Part shown: piece after piece, positions 10,421 to 21,945 of the stretch
Numbering within the stretch: position 1 is the first letter of the stretch
Layout: each line of letters begins with the position of its first letter
DNA from: Lingula anatina
Taxonomy: Eukaryota > Animalia > Brachiopoda
Assembly: GCA_051362555.1 (NCBI GenBank)
Contig: CM120647.1
Location: 9,920,001 to 9,984,000, forward strand
Length of the DNA: 64,000 nucleotides
Direction of reading: 5' to 3'
The notes under the pieces: generated by a model
What the model was told of the DNA's origin: nothing
Database searches by the model: none
The model's input: the letters and a program-made list of their open reading frames with translations, nothing else
Made by a program: the position numbers and the translations under genes

Positions 10421-12639
10421 CTTGATAACACATTTTGTGTTAAGCCCACATTTTTTTATCAACAGGTTGTACACTGTACACTCAACCTTCCTGTTAACTT
10501 CCCAGTTCTTAAAACATGAAATTATTCCATTTATCTTGCCAGTTTTATCTCAAGCACCATAACTCTCCATTGTTAAGCTTGTCAGTGTTCAGCAAGTGAA
10601 ATTATCAAGACTTGTACTTCCTGAATTCGAAATTGTAACAAGCTGCCCAATAAACTGAATAATCCTCAGTAGAAGTCTAGGCCTTTTGGTGGCATAAAAC
10701 TAATAGTTCTGGTCTCAGTATACTGAATTTGTGTCTCTCAAATCTTTAGTAGAAGGCTGCGCCTTATGGAGACATAAAACTTGTAGTACTGGCCTAAGTA
10801 TAAGCCTGTCCGTGTGATACAAAGTATACTGACTTTATACCCCTTTCCAGCATACAATGAAAATATATCTTGTCTCACTATGCACTGAATATATAACCCG
10901 TCCGTCCTCGGGGATAAAAACACCGAGTATATTTCCTCCTGTACTTCTTCACTGTGTCCAAAGATAAATATCTTGTTGTTGTGGTCAGTTAACTGAGGTC
11001 AAGCAGGGTTTACTCCTGATACCAACAGCACCTGCCCGGTGCTTAGATTGTCATTAATCCACTCGGGATAATCCCTTATTAATCCACATAGAGATACACT
11101 GAACAGGTAGTGATCCTCTTGAAGATGTTCAGACAGGTGAAGTTGTGTATAGTAGAAGAGTATGTGCGTAGGAAGATGATGCACTGGTCCAGTATGTGAA
11201 AATACACAGTTAGGAACTCTCGAGTTCCAAGATGAACAAGATGATAATCTGATGAATTGGGTATGAATTCCGATAATGCACTGGGTCCAATATATGAGAA
11301 TCCACAGTTCGAAATTCAAATTCCGAGATAGACAAGATGCTGGTCAGAGGTCTTCTCCTTGGTTGAGCAGCTTGAAATGCGATACTGGTTCCAGTTACCT
11401 GTCTCTCACCACCTTCACCTGAAAACGGATAATATTATAATTATTACTTGCAATACAGAATATGTGTTCCTCTTAGATATAATACAGTATAATACAATAA
11501 CAATGTGCTGTACATATGTGGAGTCTAAACCTGGGAAAGAACTACTTGTAGATTGTTATCAACATAAAAAGTTCTGATTCATCCAGTTTGCTTATACTAA
11601 GATAAAGGTAGAATTACAGTTGAATGTCTTACTGGAGCTTACATTTGAAGAAGAGGTCAATGGAGAAGACCTGATGAGAAATGAAATTACTAATAACGAC
11701 CTCTGAGTTAAATGTAAGTCCTGGCATGAGATTAAATTATAATTTTACCTCTTATCTTACATGTGATTGCCCACAACCTCACATCATATTTTGCTAACCC
11801 CCTCCCCTCCCCGCCAACACACATAAAGACACACTTATCCTCCCAAACCCCCCTTCACTCATCCAACACACATAAAGACACACTTGTCTCACACAGTTCA
11901 GGAAAAAACCAAACACTCCTTACCACTTGTAATACCAAATGAATTACCAAGTTGAGTGGCCTATAGTATGATATATAGACATGATGAGAGAAGCACTGAA
12001 TACTGGCATAATGATATAGTTGTAATAAACACATAAGTACTGAGTCAGAGAGTTAGGAAGGTGGGTTGTGGTTTGGCTGCACTGCCGATGATGATGTATA
12101 ATGTAGGTTTTTATCAGTACCGCCATTCACTTAATTGGGTTGTGCTACGTCAGTGGTGGTTCAGATCTACTGTGTTGAGTGAGCTCTTTTATGATGAATA
12201 TTTCTTGGTATTTAGACCTTATTGTCTGTGCCCACTTCTTGGAATATTAAAGCCCGATTTCTTTTTGTCAATAATACTGTTTTTTTTTTCATGTAATTGA
12301 CTCAGACTTTCAGTATAAGAACTGCCTCTTAAAGGAATGCTGTTTCCAATTAACTTATATGTAAAAGTCCAGTTTTAGTTTTTTCAGATTAAGAGTTCAT
12401 AAACCAGACTTCCAAACAGAGAATGAGTCAATCTCTAATTGTCAGTCTGAGATAGACCCATAAATAAGACACTAATGAATTTCACTTCCAATTGCACATT
12501 TACTTTGGATTCACATTCAGTGCTAATACAGTTCAAGCACTGAGGCCAGTTCTATATTACCATCTAGCTAGTTAGTTAACAGTGAATTCACATTTGGTGT
12601 TAATACAGATCTATAATATCAAATGGTTCATTGGAAATC

Positions 12640-12727
12640 AACATGTCAGTTCATGAACGACTTCCTCTTCTTATATGTATCATATGAGACTCATAAGAAG
12701 AGGAAGTCGTTCATAAACTGACATGTT
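12640..12727. repeat. 35-bp inverted repeat (hairpin) with 18-nt loop
   Basis: aacatgtcagttcatgaacgacttcctcttcttat / ataagaagaggaagtcgttcataaactgacatgtt, 1 mismatch. Confidence 0.9.
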
Positions 12728-13594
12728 CCAGTTTCTACTTCAAATTCAAACTCAGTCCATATATCGAGAACCTGTTTTTTTTTTTTTTTCGGTCATTGTT
12801 ATCAGCTATAATGTCCACTTGTGTGTTTGAACGAGTAGACACGTTATATACACTTAATATTAATATTGAATTCAAATCCAATCTCAATTCAAATCAAATA
12901 CCTGCGTCAATATTATGAACTGGCTCCTGATCCAATTATAATCCAGAAACAAGGTCCATTGGTTTATATCATACCTGTTAGTCAGTTAATAAGAATCTTA
13001 GTTTAATCCACAGATGATGTCCACTTCTATTTCGATATCATATACATATTATCTGTGTCATACAGACAACATATTAGGAAATTAAAAGGCGGTATAAATC
13101 ACCTGTTGAGTGTACATTTCCCTTCCTGACCCATGTGTTTGGATTAATCACTCCTGAGTAAATAAGACGACAGGAAGTCTCGCACTGTTGGTTGGCTGAG
13201 TGAGTAAACGCTTGCTCCGTGTTCTAGTGAAAACTTCACCCGGCACACACACACCGAGGCTTTGTCTGACCACAATCGGAATAGAGCCAGGTTAGGAAGT
13301 GGGTAACGATGCTGACTTGGTGCTTAAAGAAAAAAAAAAGAGAAAAAAAAGAATAAATATGTTGATCCTTATGATTTTGAATGCTTGAGAGCTTGTTCAC
13401 AGGGGAGAAGAAAAAAAACTCATTGAATTTTACCTTGTTCTCTTTGCAAATTTAGCCTGGTTAGGGCTGTGGCACAGATTCAGTTGAACAATTTCGAAGA
13501 AAAAAGTTTTAAAAGAAGACATGATCAAATGTATAAGCCGTGTATTATGCCTTCAACATTGAACAAGCGTGGTTAAGTAAGGAGTGGTTTTAGT

Positions 13595-13830
13595 ACTGAT
13601 CCAGACAGAAAATAATAACTCCTACGTTTCAGATCCTAAGAACAGCTACCTTTTGGATCAGACCCTACCAAATAAATACAAATACTTTGTCTTGGATCAG
13701 ACTCTAACAAATAACTACAAGTCTTACATTTTGGATCAGACCCTATTAAATAACTACAAGTGCTACATAGTGAATCAGACTCTAAGACATAACTACAAGT
13801 TCCACATCTTGTATCAAACTCTTACAAATA
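13595..13830 (+). repeat. Degenerate 39-nt tandem repeat
   Basis: ttggatcagac.cta..aaataactacaag recurs about 5 times. Confidence 0.8.
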
Positions 13831-16360
13831 TTGTAGTGCTACATTTATATTCCTTGTACTGTGACAGATATTTACCCCTGTACTCCCAGGTGAGCCCAAC
13901 TGAAAACTCCACAGCCACAAAATGGGGGAATATCTTTTCCCTCTGTGTCCTAGATCTCTCAGCCTAATTATCCAGTAATATTGCGTGCCAGTGGTTGTAG
14001 TCGTAAAATGCCTGTCCTCGGTTCCTCAATGTTAATCCCTCTCCTTCAATAACAAGGCTGCCTTCTTTTACTGACTGGCCCAGTAAGTTTTGCTCAATGG
14101 AAATTCCACACACACAAACCCACACACACACAAACGGAATATCTGTCTCCTTTCTATTTGACTTAGGCCATTCATTCACAATGGTGCAGAATTAAAAGTC
14201 GTCCCTTTCACCTGTTCCTATTGTCCTCTTACAGGGGGAAACCTTGCATCTGAGATGACTTAATCCCCTGTGTTGGGTCCAGCACCTGTTTATATATTGA
14301 CCTGTTGTATTCCTATTCAGCTGTGTTATTATGATTATAAATTACAGGGTTGCATGTGCTCGTAAAATCCAGTCCTGTGGAAAAAGTTCCGTAGTCACTC
14401 TGTTTCGTAGTCGGTATTGTTAAGTATATCCATTGAATTGCTCCATGGCATGCAGTCATGAACTTGGAAGATGATTCTGGCGATGGAAATATTTTTGTAG
14501 TTGTTTTCAGAGTGGTTAGTACATGTGATAGTACGTACAAATCCTGTATAACTCCGGCAGCAAAGATCAGATAACTAGGCGAATTGCATGACTAGAAAAC
14601 AGTGAATGCAGTCAGACATTAAGTTCCCCTACATGTTGTCTTCTTTTTGTCCTTGCAGTGATTTCATGGGCAATTTCACTGGATCATTTCATGTAGAAAT
14701 TGTCCTTGGTGTATAAAAACCGTGTCACCAACAATATGCCTGAGTAATGGCCCTATAGTTCTGCCTTCATTGACTGTGCTTCATAGTATTTTATTTGGTC
14801 ACTGAATCACTGTGCCCAGTAGTACCTCTTGTGGTCAGTTATATACTGTGCCAGAGTACTCTTAGTGGTCAGTTATATACTGTGTCAGAGTACTTCTAAT
14901 GGTCAGTTATAAATTATGTCCAGTGCACTTTTCTCATTCCATTTATGTGTGTCCTGAAATGCCTTTTACTTCTAAAACAATGCCCTATGTCTTAGTCACT
15001 CATTATATTACAATATCGCATGCAGAGTCCTTCCCTGTATATCTTGTTTTTAAAGACAACCCCGCAGATCAGAGGTCAGGTATTATGTTATTGTACATGA
15101 CATCCACACTCCTTTGTGAAGATACCCTCTTGTAACTCAGGGTGTACAATTCCCTGTAATATACAGAATTGGTTTTGCTGTGATTTTTGTTTTAAAGAAC
15201 AACCCCACAGGTCAGAGGGTCAAGTTGTGGTGTTATTCCATGTGACATATACACTTTTTGTGTGAAGGAATCCTGGGGATTCGGGGTAATAGGTGCAGAC
15301 AGGTGTATGATGATGGGAACTTGATTAAATTCTAGCAGATGTAATACTGTCTAGATGGCTTTCAAGTCAGTTTTGATGCAAACTGTTACTAGCTGTAGTT
15401 CTTCCAATGAAAGAGCTTAGAACTTCAGATATTTTAAGGGCAAGTTTTGTTACAGTGTTTCATAAAACTGTCTATATAGATCCAGAGTTGATCTTTAAGA
15501 AAAATTATGATCAAAATGAAGTAATTCAGTAGTGAAAGGATTCCTGCTGTCTGCCCTCTCAGTGAAGATAGAAAGGTGACATTTATCGCACGACCTTCAT
15601 ACCACAATACAAAAAAATCTGCTGTTGTTGGTTGCAAGTCAACAAGTTATGTTCAGTCACTGAGAAATAATATCCAATTCCAACAACGTCAATGAAATGA
15701 GGTACAGTTTGTTTCTTTTTCTACACGCAGCAAGGAGTCCACTTCTGGCGCGTGGTTCCGTGGTTTTGGAGATACTTTTCTCTCTGTTTCAACACAGTGT
15801 GCAGTGTGAACACAGCCTGAGTAAAAAATATCCTCTCTGATTTTCAAATTCCTGAAGTAGTTGTAGTAATAGTAGCAGCAGTGTGTACTCACAAATGGGA
15901 CTTCAACAGCACTCAGCATGTATTAAGAGTCCAAGTGTAATTCAAGATAAAAAATCCCGTAAGAACACAACTCCCATTTAGCAGTGGTGATGTCGGAACT
16001 TGTATGGCCTTCTTAAACTCCCCTCAAGTGTAGAATGATATCCTGAAAGTAGAAAATGATATTTATGACCTGAACCCATATATATGTGTCAAATGGCACT
16101 TGTATACACACAAAGCTTCAGTTGCTGCATGTAGAAAAACTTGGGGAACATTCTAATAAGTTATGAGTGTTAGCAGTGGTATTTTGAGAAAACCGATGGC
16201 CTAAATCCCAGTCAAGTGTAAAAGAATGTCCATAAACTCTCTGTGTAATGTGTAGCTATGTTTATCTTAAGAGTAACACAATCATACAAGCTGAGTAGAG
16301 TTCCAGTCTATGTAGTTGCAGATAATCTCATTAGTTAATCTATGCTATGAACTTGTCTTA

Positions 16361-16613
16361 GACACTGTTCCCATACCTAGATTGATCTAGCAGGATCGAC
16401 CCATCTCTGAGGGGTTTCTCGCTAAATTGCATTCAGCATAAGCGGCTCTGTCTGGCACACCTACTGAAGCTATAAGGGGGTAATTAACTATCGTTTAGCA
16501 GCTTCAGTTGGCGTGCCAGACATCTAAGCCACTTCAGTTGAATGCAATTTAGCAAGAACCCCATCGAAGATGGGTTGATCCTGCTAGATCTAACTAGCTG
16601 TGGGAACGGGGTC
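16361..16613. mobile_element. Foldback MITE, Harbinger-like
   Basis: ~110-bp imperfect inverted arms (gatctagcaggatcgacccatct / agatgggttgatcctgctagatc) around the core aagctataagggggtaattaactatcg. Confidence 0.75.
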
Positions 16614-17356
16614 TTCATCACATTTATAACCCCTGACTATATTATAAAGTTGACTATTCCAGTTGAAAGTCTTACATATAAATATATAGTAAGCTGTGCC
16701 AAAGGCCTGTCATATCTGTGACACAGTTTAGCTTGTAGACATATAACCAAAGAGTTTTGCCAAGTATTTGTCTATGCTACACCACAGCCTGCTGTCAAAA
16801 TAGATGCACGCTCTGTGTAGTTTAGATTAACTTAAAGGTAAATTCTTGTCTCAGAGTGCTGTGACAACAGCAACTGTCTAAGCAGGTCTATATTTTCTCC
16901 TTGCGGTGTACTGTACTTTATAGAAAAATTCCTGCTCACTGTCCTACTACTATGACAAGGACACCTGTCTGAGTAATTGTGCACACTCATCGTCGATTGA
17001 AATTTATATCAAATGTTCATCTCCTTTGTTTTTGGAGCACCTGCCTATTAGGCTTGAAGACGTATATCCTCTGTATATTTTTTAGAGAGGGAGAGGTCCA
17101 ATACTTAATATAGATGTGCTTAAACTCCAATCTCTGAAGTTATCTCCCGTCTTTTAACACAGGTGACAGAAACACCTGTTCAGACTCTCCTGTTTTGCTG
17201 TGGTAAAACCTCACCTGTCCAGGTATACATATAATATATAACCTCGTTATGTCACCTGGCGGGGATTGCACTGTCTTTCACTCCACACGCACACTGAGGA
17301 CATTAAAGTTGAAGACAGGTGTCTAATACACCTGTACACACCTGTCTTGTTTACAG

Positions 17357-17656
17357 ATGTACCTGTGGTCTCAATATAAATCTGCGGTGTTCTGTTTACT
17401 TGTTCTCTTAGCCTCAGTCAGTGTGAGCCTACAAGGGGAACTAAACCACACAATTATTTTTGGGTCTGCGTTCGAGTCAACAGTCGATCCTGTTACCAAG
17501 TCCTCATACCTGAAGCATGAAGCACGTAGAAAGATGATTACTGTAAAGTTAGTAGGAACACAGACGATCTGCTCCAATGAAGCTTATCTTGGTATGAGTC
17601 CACAGTCGTCGGGTTTAGACGTCCTCTTTGCGCTTGTACAGCTCACTGAAAGCTAA
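17357..17656 (+). CDS. Possible small secreted protein (99 aa) or 5' part of a decayed Cys-rich secreted-protein gene
   Basis: ATG directly after ttgtttacag; signal-peptide-like SAVFCLLVLLASVSVSLQG; NHT sequon; Cys-rich frames follow after stops and frameshifts. Confidence 0.35.
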   Translation: MYLWSQYKSAVFCLLVLLASVSVSLQGELNHTIIFGSAFESTVDPVTKSSYLKHEARRKMITVKLVGTQTICSNEAYLGMSPQSSGLDVLFALVQLTES

Positions 17657-18622
17657 AGGTGACCTGTGATTTTCTACCCGTGAAATTTGCTCAATGCATA
17701 CAAATACAGGTGATTCTCCCCACTGCATGCATGAACTGTTGACGTCTTTAGTAGAACTGCCCTGAGTTGTAGCATAAAAGAGGTCACTGGTTGTGATCCA
17801 ACAAGATAAGCCGTTGTCAATTGACCTGCACAGCATGTGTGAATCCCAATTGTGCAGGAGATATGCTCTGGAAGTTGTAATATTTGTAATTACACTCTTC
17901 TGGGAACATTTAAATTGCAAAAACTTTCAAGTTTCTGAAGTTACACTACAGTTTTGCCCTCTTCTGCCTACAAGTCATATATCATAAGTGACACATTCAG
18001 TTCTTTTTGTCACAGCGCCATCTGGTGAAGATTTCAATGTGTCGTCTGCCACTGTTGTAAATGGAAGCAGATGTGGATAGGACTGTCTTGCTTGTAGGTG
18101 GTCCTTATTAGGGCGTAACTGGTACTTAAAAAGTTCAGTTTTTGCCCATGACTCATCTTTACAAATTCATGTATAATTGAAACCTGGAAAAGGGGAAATA
18201 GAAAACCTAAATGCAGTTTATGTTTAAACTTGTTCAATGGTTTGGTATAAAAAAAATATACATGATAGCTGCCAGCTGCAAATCCAATGCCAAATCGGGT
18301 TAATATTTGATTTGAAAGAGAGCAGTCTCTACAACAGTGTAATAAACTTAAGTCTTCATCTAAAACTGTGCAACTGGGTATAAAACAAGGGTCTGATGGC
18401 TTAGTGTGCAATAATCTTTATGGAACACTTCCTAAAACAGCCTTTGCGAAAATCTTTTGGGGCTAAGTGTTCTTCAGACAATCAAGGTGTATTTAAAGGT
18501 GGACAAAATTTATACAACTATAAACTTTTTTGGCTGGCCTGGTGCTGCTTTAGCTTCACCACTGCATCAAGCTAGTTCCTAATTACACAGATTGCTATTA
18601 AAAGTTTCCTCCTGATGTCTTA

Positions 18623-18837
18623 GGGCGTATTCCCAGAGCTTTTAGATTGATCTATCCCCGTGGGGAGTCTCACTAGATTACTGTCAGATAATTCGGCTTA
18701 AATGTCCGTCCCGCCTACTACAAGCTGTAAGGAGGTAATTAACTTTCGTGTCCGCCCAGCTGACAGCTATTTAGCATGAACCCGCAGTGAGTTAGGTCGA
18801 TCTAAAGTAGGTCGATCTAATCTCTGGAAATGGGGTC
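18623..18837. mobile_element. Diverged member of the 16361 MITE family
   Basis: Core cctactacaagctgtaaggaggtaattaactttcg and terminus tggaaatggggtc; tta/taa flanks. Confidence 0.6.
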
Positions 18838-18990
18838 TAAGACTGAACTTTGAGCAGCAGCCTTCAGTAGGTCCCTTTTGGTATAATTCGAAAAAAAATA
18901 GATGATGATTGCTTCAGCGCCTGACAGTCATGACATTCCCAGACTTGAAATGATAGCCGTAGAGAAGCTGTACTCTGATATGATGTGGTG

Positions 18991-19285
18991 AAATAAATGA
19001 TGATGGTTTTACAGATATGACATCAACACCGACTCAGACTTCATAATAGACTTTTTAATTCTGGTTAGCATAGCTACTAAAAAACTGTATACTGACATAA
19101 TTTAGAGAAATAAATGGTGATGGTTTTACAGATATGACATCAACACCGACTCAGACTTCATAATAGACTTTTTAATTCTGGTTAGCAATAGCTACTAAAA
19201 AACTGTATACTGACATAATTTAGAGAAATAAATGGTGATGGTTTTGTAGATGTTGCATTAATACAAACACAGACTTGATAATAGT
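18991..19285 (+). repeat. ~117-bp tandem duplication (2 near-identical units plus a partial third)
   Basis: gatggttttacagatatgacatcaacaccgactcagac... repeated. Confidence 0.9.
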
Positions 19286-20571
19286 GGTGCATGTTTTCTG
19301 TTCTATTTAAGCTGAAACATTCATCAGTCACACATCTGCTACTGTTTTTGGCTGTGGTTAGACCAAGGTAAACTTAAGCCAGATATTGTCTACCATTAAC
19401 AAAATATTGTATGTCATAAACCTGATATTTCCAAACTTAAAAAAATACTGTCTACCGTAAATCAGATATTTTCAAACTTTCACCAGATATTGTCTGTACC
19501 ATAAACAAAGTCTTTGCCAACATGAACTGGACATTGTCTAACTTAAACAGAATATTTTCCAACATAAACCAGAAATTGTCTTATTAGAACCATATATTTT
19601 CTACATTAAGCCAGGTAGTTGAGCAGTTAAACAACTCAAATTTTAAAGTACATGAGAAGATTTATTTAGGAGGAATGGCACATAAAAATAATCAGGAAAA
19701 ACTGTGGTTGACTAAAATTGAGGATGGTGTCTGTTGTGGCTGATGATAAGTGGCATCTTCATTTAACAGCTGTGGCTGCAAGGTGAAGATTAATAGGCAG
19801 CTATTTTTATCCCAACAAAATAGAAAATCCACAAAATTTCACTTTATTTTGCCAGTACCTCTTGCGTAAATAACATTATCAATTATATGTTTTCAAAGAA
19901 AGAGATAAATTTAATATATATTATATATGCTTTTTATCACTTGAGAGAAATAACTATAACCTCTAGCATTTAAGAAAAAACGGATGTTAAATTGACACTG
20001 TTGCAAATAGGGACAATCTTATCCAGAAAAAGTATAATAATTATAGTAATTTAGGTTATTCAAAATAATTTTCAATTTCAACAAAGGTTAGTTTCAGTCA
20101 TCAATTTTCGGCCTCAGACAGAAAACAGTTGAAGCCATTGCCAAAGGCGGGTGATTTACGAAGGTTGTCTTCCAACAGTAAGGAGAAATCCCTATACTTC
20201 ATTAAAAATCAGTAGGTGAATGCTGCTGTAGTGATTTCTGGAGGCAGAATTAATACATTTCAAGTTTATTTTCTAATAGTTAGTTGAAGTTTTCATGCCT
20301 CGTTGAAATTCTGTTGAAATTGCGTAGGTGAACTCCACTAACAGAGCTGTCATGTTGGGATGATAAATCTATTTGTCCCTCCAAGATATATGATTTTTTT
20401 GCAAGCTGAGGATGTCATTAGGAAGTCATTAGTGAAACTTAGCCTTCCTCTGAGGGATGTTATTTGAATTTTAATGTTGAAAGTTGCTCTTTGTATTTCT
20501 GGTTCTGTCCTTTGGCCTTTTGCCACTGTGAACTATTGACGTCTGCTTGCATGCACTGCTATGTTAATGAC

Positions 20572-20839
20572 TCCATTTTTTCAATGGGCGAAAACTATCA
20601 AACTTTGAAAAACATGATTTTATAATCACAAAAATTTATTTGTATATATATGCATTTGTGCTGCTTTTACTGCACAGAATAGAAGTATGCAGTAGCCCAC
20701 TTTAATTGTGTTGCTACCACTCAATAGGAATGTTTAAGAAATTATGACTTGAAAAATTGAATGAAATATGAATGAAAAATTGACAATTCCCCCCCCCCCC
20801 CCCCCCCCCCCCCATTGAAAAGATTGAGCAGTTACTGTA
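20572..20839. mobile_element. Dispersed MITE-like repeat, copy 1 (copy 2 at ~41852-42099)
   Basis: Shared ttttcaatggg...gtgcttttactgca.agaata...caataggaatgttt...cccattgaaaagattgag; inner inverted repeat. Confidence 0.65.
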
Positions 20840-21417
20840 TATTGATAAATTTAAAAGGGTTATTGCAATTAAAATGGTTGAATATATATTTAGAGAGTAT
20901 TTTAAAATTTTTCTGAACCAAGAGACAGTGAAGAAGTTTGGGTTGAGGGGAAATGTCGAGGTAGTCAACAAATGAGTGGCATTTATTGACGTAATTTTGT
21001 GTTAATTGCTACGTTTATCTCAGGTACCTGAGGTTTCAGTTAAATGTTAGAAGCCTAAGTTGGCTGTGAAAAGTGCAGTTGTTTGAATGTCACTGCACAA
21101 GTGATGTGATTTGTGCGTCAGAGAGAGAGAGAGCGAGAGAGAGAGACTGAAATTCATTTATAAACTAATTCATTTATCCCATAAAAATATCTTAATCAGC
21201 CCTCATATCTTTGTATATTTTTTCTAAGAAGATTGCCCTAACATTTCCCATAGCAAAGTGTGTGGGCCAGATATCTCATTAAAATTTCCACCCCTAAACT
21301 CCAAAGAAGACCCAGTAGTGTGTATATATTTGTATTGTCAGTCTTCTGTGAGTTTTTCTTTATGTGTAGGCAATCGAATATACATGTGCCTGCTTATCCC
21401 CCTTATACACACACGCC

Positions 21418-21419
<2 letters not shown>

Positions 21420-21492
<73 letters not shown>
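21420..21492. repeat. Compound (CA)n(GA)n microsatellite; (GA/CT)n also at ~2461, ~21893, ~29064
   Basis: Direct reading. Confidence 0.95.
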
Positions 21493-21500
<8 letters not shown>

Positions 21501-21891
21501 AGAGAGGGAAAAAGAGAGAGAGAATGAGCAAGAGAGAGGGGTGTAAAGGTACACTAACACGTACACACACACTTCAAGCAGCTGGGTTTGTATATTTTAT
21601 ATCAGCGGCTGTTGTTATTACAATATTTCTTCCCATAAGAAACTGATGTGCAGTAGTTCCCACATATCAACAAGTAGGATATTATCTCATGCCTCTGTAA
21701 TACCTGTCAAAACAAATCTTTACACCACTGAGAACAGTTTATCAGAAGCACCAAGTAAAAGATGAGATGAACAGGCACAGGAAGTTAGTAGACCCCCCTA
21801 TTCTTCTCGTACTCCCATCTTCGATTACTTTATACATTCATTGGAGATATGGACTTTTTCTTTCTAGTGGTTATGAAATTTTGATTAACCA

Positions 21892-21945
<54 letters not shown>

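Noticed and set aside
6266-10433. Val-rich and other overlapping ORFs (6333..6587, 6621..7076, 8001..8564, 9927..10433 etc.)
   Set aside because: Antisense or alternate-frame shadows of the Thr/Ser-rich mucin ORF
10421-10474. ORF-track start of the mucin at 10474
   Set aside because: GTG codon from a bacterial-style start set; first ATG is at 10420
13584-13967. 127-aa ORF with LDQTLxNNYK repeats
   Set aside because: GTG start; explained by a 39-nt tandem repeat; no splice or domain support
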